Assembly: GCA_002011125.2 (NCBI GenBank)
Contig: MTMF02000009.1
Location: 1,544,989-1,608,988, forward strand
Direction of reading: 5' to 3'
DNA length: 64,000 nucleotides
Source of the DNA: Candidatus Hydrothermarchaeum profundi
GTDB taxonomy: Archaea > Hydrothermarchaeota > Hydrothermarchaeia > Hydrothermarchaeales > Hydrothermarchaeaceae
The position numbers were made by a program, and so were the translations under genes. This document shows, piece by piece, positions 20,141 to 29,353 of this stretch. Every line of letters starts with the position of its first letter. The first letter of the stretch is position 1. A model generated the notes under the pieces. The model ran no database searches, was not told the DNA's origin, and saw only the letters and a program-made list of their open reading frames with translations.

Positions 20141-21766
20141 TTAAGGTTTAAGATTAGCATCGTATAAAGATTCATCCTCCTCTCGCTGGGAGCTTTTTTC
20201 CTCCTTATAACGGACTTCTTCCTTTAATCTCTTTAAAGTCTCGACTCTACTCTTTTTTCTCTTTGATGAAAACCTAAATACAGTGAATACTAAAATAACA
20301 AATAATAAGCCTAGCACAGTTAACAAGTCATAATTCCACATTCCTGGGCCCTGAGGGGGCAGTTCAACTTCAACTGGCCTTTTAACAGATATTTGCAGAG
20401 CAGAAACAGTAGCGAGATACATGTTGCCTTCCTCATCGTAATAACTTACATTAATTTCCGGAAGATAAAATGTCCCATTGGCCACTGCTTTAACATCATA
20501 AAAAAAAGTTTGAGAAACTTCTGGAGCAAGAGTTCCAGTCCAATAGGTCTCCCCTCCTATAATTTCAAGACCCTCTCCAAGGGACTCTCTAAACACGATA
20601 TTATAGGCATCCCCATTGCCTATATTCCGTAGTTCAACCGTGACTCTTGCGGTATCCCCTACCAACAAATTTGAGTTATTTATCGTCCTCACAACAATTA
20701 GTTCAGGAATTTTCAGCTGCACGGGTACAGGAAAAGCTTTCCTTATAAAGTAGACATTTGTATCATAAGAACCGGCTATAGTATAATTGCCATCAAAAGA
20801 CGTGGAGACAGCAGACATATAATACTCTCCACGATACCTACCCAAAAGATCTCCTGAAGAATTAAAAAAGTACACGTTATAATCTTTGGAGGCGGCTGCA
20901 ATTAAACTTCCATCTTTTGAAATAGATACGTCCCACACTTCGTCTCCAGACTTAAACTTCCATAGTAGCCTGCCACTCTTATCAAAGAAGTAGACATTAT
21001 TATCATAAGAACCAGCAACAACATAACCACCATCAGCAGAAACCGAAGTGCTTAACACGATATCATCGGTACCATATCTCCATAGTAGCCTGCCACTCTT
21101 ATCAAAGAAGTAGACATTATTATCATAAGAACCAGCAACAACATAACCACCATCAGCAGAAACCGAAGTGCTTAACACGATATCATCGGTACCATATCTC
21201 CATAGTAGCCTGCCACTCTTATCAAAGAAGTAGACATTATTATCATAAGAACCAGCAACAACATAACCACCATCAGCAGAAACCGAAGTGCTTAACACGA
21301 TATCATCGGTACCATATCTCCATAGTAGCCTGCCACTCTTATCAAAGAAGTAGACATTATTATCATAAGAACCAGCAACAACATAACCACCATCAGCAGA
21401 AACTGCCACTGACCATACTGAATCCTGAGTTTTATATTTCCACAGCAACTCGCCATCCATATTAAAGAAATAAACATAATTATCTTTAGAGCCTGCTGCA
21501 ATGTACTTTCCATTATCTGAAATGGCTACAGACCACACAGTATCATCTGCTCTATAACTCCATAATAATTGGCCCTCAGAGCTGAAAAAATATATATTAT
21601 CTCTAGCTCGAGTTGTGTTTGCAAAGGTTCCTGCGACAGCGTAATGACCATCTGAAGAAACCGCCACTGACCATACTCCTAACCCCGTATTGTAGTTCCA
21701 TAAAAGCTCCTGAGAGAATACTGCTACAGGCAAAAATAGAAATACTATAAAGAGGATTTTACGCAT
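20141..21766 (-). CDS. Secreted WD40/PQQ-like beta-propeller protein with Ig-like (BatD/DUF11-type) domain and C-terminal TM anchor
   Basis: Eight ~40-aa LLW..V.SV..S.DG.Y..AGS.D..VYFF repeats; start set at ATG 21766 after AGGAGGAGG. Confidence 0.88.
   Translation of the reverse strand: MRKILFIVFLFLPVAVFSQELLWNYNTGLGVWSVAVSSDGHYAVAGTFANTTRARDNIYFFSSEGQLLWSYRADDTVWSVAISDNGKYIAAGSKDNYVYFFNMDGELLWKYKTQDSVWSVAVSADGGYVVAGSYDNNVYFFDKSGRLLWRYGTDDIVLSTSVSADGGYVVAGSYDNNVYFFDKSGRLLWRYGTDDIVLSTSVSADGGYVVAGSYDNNVYFFDKSGRLLWRYGTDDIVLSTSVSADGGYVVAGSYDNNVYFFDKSGRLLWKFKSGDEVWDVSISKDGSLIAAASKDYNVYFFNSSGDLLGRYRGEYYMSAVSTSFDGNYTIAGSYDTNVYFIRKAFPVPVQLKIPELIVVRTINNSNLLVGDTARVTVELRNIGNGDAYNIVFRESLGEGLEIIGGETYWTGTLAPEVSQTFFYDVKAVANGTFYLPEINVSYYDEEGNMYLATVSALQISVKRPVEVELPPQGPGMWNYDLLTVLGLLFVILVFTVFRFSSKRKKSRVETLKRLKEEVRYKEEKSSQREEDESLYDANLKP
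20959..21403. repeat. Perfect 120-bp tandem repeat, ~3.7 copies, inside the propeller gene
   Basis: Sequence is identical at a period of 120 across 445 bp. Confidence 0.97.
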
Positions 21767-21965
21767 CCCTCCTCCTCCTATATACGCCCCTATCAACTTT
21801 CTCAACTAGCTCTCTAGCAACAAGAATCTGGAGGGCATACCATACTGCCTGCTTGCTTATCTTCTGATTTTTCTTGTTAACTTCTCTAGCTATCATCTTT
21901 AAGGTCATTACGTCCCCTTCTTTAAGGACTTCAAGAACTCTGTTTTCAATAGAACCTAGGGACAT
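21759..21965 (-). CDS. Small winged-HTH protein
   Basis: IENRVLEVLKEG..TLKMIAREV..SKQAVWYALQILVARELVEKVDRGVY; start ATG 21965 (track 21977). Confidence 0.82.
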   Translation of the reverse strand: MSLGSIENRVLEVLKEGDVMTLKMIAREVNKKNQKISKQAVWYALQILVARELVEKVDRGVYRRRRDA

Positions 21966-22049
21966 AGTAAAACCCAACTTTATTTTATAAAATACAATAT
22001 AAAAAAGAGGCGGTTCATATATAATTGTTGTGAAACAAATCAGAAAACT

Positions 22050-24098
22050 TCAAAAAGCTTTAGATCCGAGCGAATAAAGTTTCAAAATGAGCTTAGAACG
22101 GGTGAGAAATTCTGGTAAAGAATATAAGCTTTGAACCTCTGCCTCTATCGCTTTCTCCAATCCCGCGGTAATTACGGTGACTTCCTTTCCATCTTTGGTT
22201 TTCTTGTGCTCAACTATATACCTTCTCACGGCATGGGGTATTTCATTTTTCTTTACATACAGGATAGGCGCCTTATATCTTTCTGCAATAATCGCGGCAT
22301 CAATGCTTGGATTCTCACCATCTGTGACTACAATAACTTCCGGATCCAGTTTCTTAGCCAATTCTACGGCAGTCTCATATCGCGTGGGGCCCCAAATTCT
22401 CTCTGTAGGGGCAATATTCTTCAATCTAGCTTCAACCTCTTCAGAAATCGCGACCTTGCCGCCGACAATAATTATTTTTTTAGGGTTTAAAGCCAATACT
22501 GCGTTGAATGTTAAATCTGGAAGCTCATTATGTTCAACCAGTAAAATAGGAGCATTAATTGACTTCGCGTATGCAATAGCAGCAAGTGAGTCGACAGGGG
22601 GCTCCCTAACAGATATAACTACTACGTCGGCCTTCTGATACTTCTTCAAAACCTTTCCGGTTACAAATTCATAGATATCCTCCACCGCCTTAGGACTTTC
22701 TAACCGTTTCCCCTTAAAAACCCTGAAAGGCTCTAATAGTATTTTTATAGGCTTAACAAGAATGCCCTGAACAAGAGGGTTCATCGGAGTGGGGTATTCG
22801 CCTGTCAAAACCAAAGCTGCTGCAACTGATAAAGGAACTGTCCAAAAACTTTTATCGTTTAACTTATAGTTTTGTATTATCTCTAAAAGCACCTGAGGAG
22901 TTAAGGAAATAACTCCTCCCTTGAATATAGGGGGCGGAGTAGTCGGGGCTGGAACTCCCCCACCCCCCGCCGCAGGGGGTACACTAACTTTTTCAGGTAT
23001 AAGGGAACCGCCTATTCCAAATAAGCCAAATGAGGATATATTAGCTTCTAAAAATCTTCCTGAAGTGTTCAAACGGGACCAAAACACGTAAGGTCCACCA
23101 ATATTAGAATAATTACTTCCAGTTTCAAGTACTTTCCAATTATCCGTGGAACAACTGAAACAATACCAATAAATCTTAAGAGTATTCTCATCTATATCGC
23201 CCGGGTCATCAGCATCTCCGTCCCCATTCGTATCCAATTCAGAGATAGCGTAGTAGATCCTTATGATAACCCATCTTATTTTCTTATCAAACTCTTTAGT
23301 GGCATTTACCTCCACACCTCTCTCTATACCATTTGGAGGGGGATTAACGGTCTTTTTCGATACATTCACATATCTTGTTACAGTTATCGTCACATTCGAT
23401 AAACTCGCACTAGGAGTTAAGTTTAAAGTAGCATTTGACAGCATATTTGCATCCAGGTAAACTGAGATGTCCATAGTAACGTCCATAGTGACATTAAAAG
23501 GCTCAGCTCGGGGATCAGTGCCTATTAGATACTCTTGCAGATTGTTTACCTCGTCGCTGTCTGCATCTTCCATAGCATCACTAGAATTCCATACAATAAA
23601 TCCGAATTCTACTTCAAATCCATCAGGCATCCCATCGCTATCAGTATCAGGCTTTGTAGGATCACCGCCGTTGAGATATTCATAGTAGTTTGACAACCCA
23701 TCTCCATCTGGATCTAAATCTGCATCATCGCTGAACTTATCCAACCCGTGAACCTCCTCCCATGGATCAGGTATCTTATCAAGGTCACTATCAAAATTTG
23801 ACAGACATGGATTCAAGCCCAGTCTATATTCCTCCGAGTTATTGATTAAATCGCCATCAAAGTCAAGGGCTGCGTCCCCAGGATCTGACTTATTCATCAT
23901 ACATGCCGTCCCTCTCCACCAGTTTCTGTCCTCCCACCAGTCGGGTATCCCGTCTCCGTCTGTATCTCCCGCCGGAGGAGCCTCGGGAGGAGGTACTTCG
24001 AAATTTCCAACGCCAAAATAGGAGAATACTATAGAGGGACTAATCAAAAGAGCAACTACAATTAATATAGAGACTTGTTTCAATTCTCTATCACCCAA
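22050..24098 (-). CDS. Surface/S-layer-type protein with Ca-binding DxDGDG repeats and cell-wall-binding repeat 2 (CWB2) domains
   Basis: Signal peptide, DTDGDGIPDWWE-type repeats, GGGG linker, DSLAAIAYAKSINAPILLV and RIWGPTRYETAVELA CWB2 motifs. Confidence 0.82.
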   Translation of the reverse strand: MGDRELKQVSILIVVALLISPSIVFSYFGVGNFEVPPPEAPPAGDTDGDGIPDWWEDRNWWRGTACMMNKSDPGDAALDFDGDLINNSEEYRLGLNPCLSNFDSDLDKIPDPWEEVHGLDKFSDDADLDPDGDGLSNYYEYLNGGDPTKPDTDSDGMPDGFEVEFGFIVWNSSDAMEDADSDEVNNLQEYLIGTDPRAEPFNVTMDVTMDISVYLDANMLSNATLNLTPSASLSNVTITVTRYVNVSKKTVNPPPNGIERGVEVNATKEFDKKIRWVIIRIYYAISELDTNGDGDADDPGDIDENTLKIYWYCFSCSTDNWKVLETGSNYSNIGGPYVFWSRLNTSGRFLEANISSFGLFGIGGSLIPEKVSVPPAAGGGGVPAPTTPPPIFKGGVISLTPQVLLEIIQNYKLNDKSFWTVPLSVAAALVLTGEYPTPMNPLVQGILVKPIKILLEPFRVFKGKRLESPKAVEDIYEFVTGKVLKKYQKADVVVISVREPPVDSLAAIAYAKSINAPILLVEHNELPDLTFNAVLALNPKKIIIVGGKVAISEEVEARLKNIAPTERIWGPTRYETAVELAKKLDPEVIVVTDGENPSIDAAIIAERYKAPILYVKKNEIPHAVRRYIVEHKKTKDGKEVTVITAGLEKAIEAEVQSLYSLPEFLTRSKLILKLYSLGSKAF

Positions 24099-24141
24099 CG
24101 TGAATAAAAAATCTGTTTATCCTTTTATATAAGGGTTTTTT

Positions 24142-24157
24142 TGTAAAACACTTCACA
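24142..24157. promoter_or_regulatory. Imperfect TGTGA-N6-TCACA-type palindrome 9 nt upstream of a minus-strand TATA box
   Basis: TGTAA-AACACT-TCACA next to TATATAA at 24126-24132. Confidence 0.5.
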
Positions 24158-24285
24158 TATCCAGTGATTTGTTAAAAAAAGTTGTCATATCCTTTAATTC
24201 AAAAAAAAATATTGAGATACATGAACATATTAATATAAGTTAAAAATATTTAAGTTCATAGAAACCCTAACAGGGGGCATAAAAA

Positions 24286-24624
24286 ATGGTATTATGGATC
24301 CAAGTAATAGGCATAATTTTTGCTTTAGACATGCTATTTATCACTTTCTTCTATCATAAAAGGAGAGTTTTCCGTCCGCAAGAAACAGTAATATGGATAG
24401 TAGTATGGGCCGGGCTACTATTTGCAGTAACATTCCCTTCTACTTTAAACGTTATAATACAGCCTTTGCAAGTTGTCAGAGTTATGGATTTCATGATAAT
24501 CGTAGCGTTCTTTTTATCGTTTAGCCTGTTATTCATTGTGTACATAAAAACCAAATATAATGAAAAAAAATTAGAAAAGATGATTAGGGAGCTCACATTA
24601 AAGCAGCCTGAAGAAAAAGAATAA
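24286..24624 (+). CDS. DUF2304-family small membrane protein
   Basis: Three TM helices and a KLEKMIRELTL tail; lies among glycosylation genes. Confidence 0.8.
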   Translation: MVLWIQVIGIIFALDMLFITFFYHKRRVFRPQETVIWIVVWAGLLFAVTFPSTLNVIIQPLQVVRVMDFMIIVAFFLSFSLLFIVYIKTKYNEKKLEKMIRELTLKQPEEKE

Positions 24625-24625
24625 A

Positions 24626-26317
24626 ATGTTAATTCTTGGTGTTAATGACGGCCACGATGCAGGTGCGGCACTAGTTGAAGACGGAAGAGTCATAGCAGCC
24701 ATTCAAGAAGAAAGACTCTTAAACATAAAGAACTACTCTGGTGCTCCGAAACTGTCTATCCAGAGGGTCTTCAAAATATCAGGCAAAAACCCGAGCGAAC
24801 TAGATGCCATAGCAATAGTAAGTCTAAATAGAGCATACGCTCCTTTAAAAGAACAGCCTCTCTCCATAACCTTATTTGAAAAACTCTCACCCATCCTCCA
24901 TAGCCACACTTTTTCCAAACTCTATGTGAAGGTCCTTCACAAATTTAGACGACTAAAACACCTGCAAAAGATTTTCAAGGAGCTTAAAATCGATGATAAA
25001 GAGGTAACCTTTGTTGAACATCATTTAGCACATGCCTCATGCGCATTCTATCAAAGGCCCTGGAACGACGAAACACTAATATTCACATTGGATGGTGCTG
25101 GAGATGGGTTAAGTGCAACCATAAGCATAGGCAGAGACTTCAATATCGAGAGAATAGCGTCCTCAACTTATTATGATAGCCCAGGAAACATCCTTTACAG
25201 CGAGATTACAGCTTATTTGGGAATGAAAAGGTGGGAGCATGAATATAAAGTGATGGGGCTAGCACCATATGGTAGACCTGAATACTGCATCGATAAAATC
25301 AAAAGAATAATCAAAATAAATCCTAAGAAGCCCCTTGAGTTCCAAAACATAAGCGGAGCATGCAATACTCAAATCCAAAAGAAGCTTAAAAAATGGCTTG
25401 CCGGAGAACGATTTGACAACATAGCGGCTGCAACACAGTATTATTTTGAGGAACTTGTCTCCACTTGGGTGAAAAATGCAATAAAGAACACAGGCATTTC
25501 TAAGATAGTCTGTGCAGGGGGCTCATTTTTAAATGTCAAGGCTAATAAAATCATAAGAGAAATGGAAACAGTAGATGAGGCTTTCTTTTATCCAGCTGCA
25601 GATGATGGAGGAACCCCTGTAGGAGCAGCTCTATTCACGTACTATTCTCTCTGTAAAAGAGACGGAATTAAGCCTAAACGTTTAGAGATTAGAGACCTCT
25701 ATTATGGAGAGGAATTTAATAATGAGTATATTGAGAGAACGCTCAAAGAAAAAGGGATACACGCAGAGTATGTAGATGACATTGAGGGGGAGATAGGGGA
25801 ATTACTAGCTAAAGGAAAGATTATTGCCCGGTTTGCTGGTAGAGGAGAATGGGGTCCCAGGGCTCTGGGAAATAGAAGTATTCTTGCAGATCCCAGAGAC
25901 ATTAGGATAGTGAAACGGCTTAATAGCGCTATAAAGATGAGGGACTTCTGGATGCCTTTTGCGCCATCTATCTTGGAAGAACGGATGAACGATTACTTAG
26001 TAGATGCAAAGCCTGCGAGATATATGATAGAAGCCTTCGATACTAAGGAAAAAGCTCAGAAAGAGATGCCAGCATGTCTTCATCCACATGATGATACAGC
26101 AAGGCCTCAGACAGTTAATGATTGGAACCCCCGGTTCAAAAGGATAATAGAGGAGTTTGAAACAATAACTGGAGTGGGGGGAATCCTTAACACTTCGTTT
26201 AATATCCATGGCAAACCAATCGCAGGCACTCCTGAGTTGGCATTTCATACATTTGAAAACTCTAAGTTAGATGGAGTCGTATTAGGTAACTATTTAATAA
26301 TGAGAGATAAAGTATAA
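24626..26317 (+). CDS. Carbamoyltransferase, NodU/CmcH family
   Basis: GHDAGAAL, QEERL, EHHLAHA, EYKVMGLAPYG, GPRALGNRSILADP, LNTSFN. Confidence 0.94.
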   Translation: MLILGVNDGHDAGAALVEDGRVIAAIQEERLLNIKNYSGAPKLSIQRVFKISGKNPSELDAIAIVSLNRAYAPLKEQPLSITLFEKLSPILHSHTFSKLYVKVLHKFRRLKHLQKIFKELKIDDKEVTFVEHHLAHASCAFYQRPWNDETLIFTLDGAGDGLSATISIGRDFNIERIASSTYYDSPGNILYSEITAYLGMKRWEHEYKVMGLAPYGRPEYCIDKIKRIIKINPKKPLEFQNISGACNTQIQKKLKKWLAGERFDNIAAATQYYFEELVSTWVKNAIKNTGISKIVCAGGSFLNVKANKIIREMETVDEAFFYPAADDGGTPVGAALFTYYSLCKRDGIKPKRLEIRDLYYGEEFNNEYIERTLKEKGIHAEYVDDIEGEIGELLAKGKIIARFAGRGEWGPRALGNRSILADPRDIRIVKRLNSAIKMRDFWMPFAPSILEERMNDYLVDAKPARYMIEAFDTKEKAQKEMPACLHPHDDTARPQTVNDWNPRFKRIIEEFETITGVGGILNTSFNIHGKPIAGTPELAFHTFENSKLDGVVLGNYLIMRDKV

Positions 26318-26322
26318 AATAA

Positions 26323-27330
26323 ATGGAAGAATACCCTGCAGTATCCATCGTAGTAGCCGCTTATAATGCTCAGGAGACTATTGGGGACTGCATACAATCT
26401 CTTTTAAGTGTAGATTATCCCAATAAAGAAATAATAATAGTAAATGATGGGAGCAAAGACGATACTGAAAAGATAGCTAGAAGATACCCCGTGAAACTGA
26501 TATCGCAACCCAATATGGGAGCCAGCTCTGCTAGGAATACGGGTCTAAGAGAAGCAAAGTATGGTATAGTAGCTTACACGGATAGCGATTGTAAAGTCGC
26601 AAAAGATTGGCTGAAAAAGCTGGTTAAACACTTTTCAGACCCGAAAGTTGGAGCAGTAACTGGGAAAACAATTTTTGAAACTAATGAGACCTGCACCAGC
26701 TATGTGAGAAGTCTAGACATAGAAGAAAGAAACCAGAAGAGAGGGAGATATACGAGACTAGCAAATGGCCCAAACTCTGCCTTCAGAAGAGAGGTACTCA
26801 GGATGGTAGGCGGGTTTAATCCAAAATGGTTCCATGCAGAAGATACTGAAGTCAGCTATGAAATATGGAAGGCAGACTACAGGATCGAATACGAGCCAGA
26901 AGCAATAGTTTTTCATTCTCCAGAAAGTAACTGGAAGAACTTTTTGAGAAAAAGGTTTCGAGATGCTAAAGCATTCACAAGGATGCTGTATTTTTATCCA
27001 ATGCAAGCATCGGTTAAAGATGACTTTGTGACTACTTCCATGAAACTCCAGCCCCCTCTCTTCCTCGCCATTACTATACTCGCAGTAATAGCATTAATCG
27101 GTTCTTTCATATCCCTGCCTACAAAGCTTATATATCTATGGGCTTTACTACTAGTTGTCGGTTTAGCTATAAACATGCCCTTTTCGATTAAAGTATGGAA
27201 AAAAAGCTCTAAGGCGTCATTCCTGCCTAAAGCGCTACTTCTAACAACTGCGAGAGGATTCTGCTGGGCCGCAGGACTCATAGTGGGAGCACTAGAGCAA
27301 CAGCCATATATTCTAGACAGGGAGATTTAA
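26323..27330 (+). CDS. Glycosyltransferase family 2 with C-terminal TM helices
   Basis: VAAYN, NDGSKD, ARNTG, TDSD, AEDTE. Confidence 0.92.
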   Translation: MEEYPAVSIVVAAYNAQETIGDCIQSLLSVDYPNKEIIIVNDGSKDDTEKIARRYPVKLISQPNMGASSARNTGLREAKYGIVAYTDSDCKVAKDWLKKLVKHFSDPKVGAVTGKTIFETNETCTSYVRSLDIEERNQKRGRYTRLANGPNSAFRREVLRMVGGFNPKWFHAEDTEVSYEIWKADYRIEYEPEAIVFHSPESNWKNFLRKRFRDAKAFTRMLYFYPMQASVKDDFVTTSMKLQPPLFLAITILAVIALIGSFISLPTKLIYLWALLLVVGLAINMPFSIKVWKKSSKASFLPKALLLTTARGFCWAAGLIVGALEQQPYILDREI

Positions 27331-28247
27331 ATATTGTAATGAGGCGGCTCAGGATGCACTTTCTCAATAAACCTTTGATCAAATATATCTTCCTTCTTCA
27401 GAGAGCGCTTTATATACCCGAGATCTTTTAACACAGGAACAAATCTAAGAGTAGACCCTATAAATTCCTTGGAGAAACTCGCACAGTATTTCGGTGAGAT
27501 CCTACATACTTTTAAGACAAATTCATCGTCTACTACATCTAAAACCCTAGAAATAATCCTGCTAGCTTCCCTCGGACGCTCTCTCATTAGATTTGTTGCC
27601 TCTTCATGAATTTTAAGAAACCCCTCAATTATCTCAGGATTATCTTCTATTAATTTCTGAGAGGCAAGTATGCCGTAGCTAGGGTTATTAGGCCAGAGCA
27701 AAGAGGGAGGGATAGCCAGCTTAGCTATGTGTTCAGCAACAACGACAAGAGCAGGAGTCCCAACAGCTGCTTCAATCTCGCTTCTCTCCATAGCTTCTGG
27801 TATAAAATCAGCCCATTTGAAATTCTTGACTTCAATATCCAATCCATGTTTTTTCAATAAGTTCCTTATAATTACATCATGAATCGATTCTTTTGGCGGA
27901 CAACCTATAACACCATTTTCAAATTGCCTTAAAAATACTTCCTCATCACCCCCCATATCTTCTAAAGAATAATATTCCTTCCTGGCAATAAATACGGTTC
28001 CTTCAATATGCCCGCCAGCAATGCATTTTATTTGCACACCATTACTTATCCCAATCATAGAAGGTGGGAGTCCAATATAACCTAGATCAAGTTCACCTTT
28101 ATCAAGAGCCTGAACAATAGCTGGACCCCCGCCAAACAGCTCCCATTCTGGCTGCAGATCTAATTTCTTTTCCAGCCACCTAGCACCCATGATAAGTAAC
28201 GAAGTATGATATGCGGTTGAGAGATGCCCGATCCTTAGTACCCTCAT
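27327..28247 (-). CDS. SsuA/NMT1/THI5-like substrate-binding-fold protein with no signal peptide
   Basis: LRIGHLSTAYH, GGPAIVQALDKGELDLGYIGLPP; ATGA-coupled to comDE. Confidence 0.8.
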   Translation of the reverse strand: MRVLRIGHLSTAYHTSLLIMGARWLEKKLDLQPEWELFGGGPAIVQALDKGELDLGYIGLPPSMIGISNGVQIKCIAGGHIEGTVFIARKEYYSLEDMGGDEEVFLRQFENGVIGCPPKESIHDVIIRNLLKKHGLDIEVKNFKWADFIPEAMERSEIEAAVGTPALVVVAEHIAKLAIPPSLLWPNNPSYGILASQKLIEDNPEIIEGFLKIHEEATNLMRERPREASRIISRVLDVVDDEFVLKVCRISPKYCASFSKEFIGSTLRFVPVLKDLGYIKRSLKKEDIFDQRFIEKVHPEPPHYNI

Positions 28248-29353
28248 CCTAGAACCCTCATAACTCTTTTTTTGATCTCTAATGGCGAGAGAGGTATATT
28301 AGGAACAGTAGCATTCCCTGGTAGAGCTACTACGTGAATAAAGTTAGGGCCATCACCCAGGTTATTAAAGACTTCTTTTAACTCCTTCTCATCTCCAGCT
28401 TTAAAGATTTTCTTAATCCCCATTGAAGAAGCGAGACATGCTAGATCTACGCATTCTGAGGTACCGGTCGGCTGATTTCCTGTAGAACCATATACCCCAT
28501 TATCAATCGCTATTATGGTAAGATTTCTTGGCTTCATAGCGGAGACAGTGGAAAGAGTTCCTGGATTCATTAATAAGCTTCCATCCCCCTCTATAACGAA
28601 TACCTCCTTCTCCGTGTTTAAAGATATACCCAAGCCTATTGGAGACGCCATCCCCATACTGCCTAACATATAAAAGTTCGAATCTTGATCCAAAATATTG
28701 TAAACCTCCTTGCTTGGAACCCCTAGATTAGAAACTACCACCTTGCCTCTCAAGTAAGGAGCTATATGTTGGATTATCTCATATCTTCTAAACTTTGGTT
28801 TTACATTCATAGACTTACATTTAGCTTTGGGAATTTTTCTTCTAACTGACCCAGTATACCTCACCATACTACCTTCCCAAGTCTTAGGACTGAGAAGAAT
28901 CCCATGGATAACGCTATTATCATAAGCATTATCCAGGACATCTCCTATAAGGGGGATATCCTCTTTTCCCTCTATGGTTGTATACGGTATGTCTAAGGCA
29001 TCGAATAATCGCGGTAAATACTTCCCCATGCATTTCTGAGCTTCTATCGGCTCTTTGTATACGCCCCGCCAGCTTATTAGCAGAGGTAAGGGCATCTCAT
29101 AGAATTTCGTTAGTGAGCAAAGAGCATTAATAGTATTGCCAACACCAGAACTCTGTATCAACATCGCGGGACGTGCTCCAGCAAGGTAGGCTCCAGCGCA
29201 TATGCCTACCCCCTCTTCCTCTCTTGTAAGCGGAACATATCTTAGTCTTTTATAAACAAGCCCAAAGAGTCCTTTCATCTTATCACAGGGCAATGTACAT
29301 ACAAAGTTTGCTTTTTCTTCGAGTATTTTAATTATTGCTTCCTCTGGATTCAA
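28244..29353 (-). CDS. comDE: Sulfopyruvate decarboxylase, fused alpha/beta
   Basis: TLPCD, TREEEGVGICAGAYLAG, QSSGVGN; MLGSMG and the GDGSLLMN..IDNGVYGSTGNQ TPP motif. Confidence 0.92.
   Translation of the reverse strand: MNPEEAIIKILEEKANFVCTLPCDKMKGLFGLVYKRLRYVPLTREEEGVGICAGAYLAGARPAMLIQSSGVGNTINALCSLTKFYEMPLPLLISWRGVYKEPIEAQKCMGKYLPRLFDALDIPYTTIEGKEDIPLIGDVLDNAYDNSVIHGILLSPKTWEGSMVRYTGSVRRKIPKAKCKSMNVKPKFRRYEIIQHIAPYLRGKVVVSNLGVPSKEVYNILDQDSNFYMLGSMGMASPIGLGISLNTEKEVFVIEGDGSLLMNPGTLSTVSAMKPRNLTIIAIDNGVYGSTGNQPTGTSECVDLACLASSMGIKKIFKAGDEKELKEVFNNLGDGPNFIHVVALPGNATVPNIPLSPLEIKKRVMRVLG

Noticed and set aside
20959-21403. Regular repeats as a possible CRISPR array
   Set aside because: No unique spacers; 120-bp in-frame coding units of a propeller protein; no cas genes
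27327-27330. Convergent genes sharing a TTAA double stop
   Set aside because: Common consequence of genome compaction; no evidence of function
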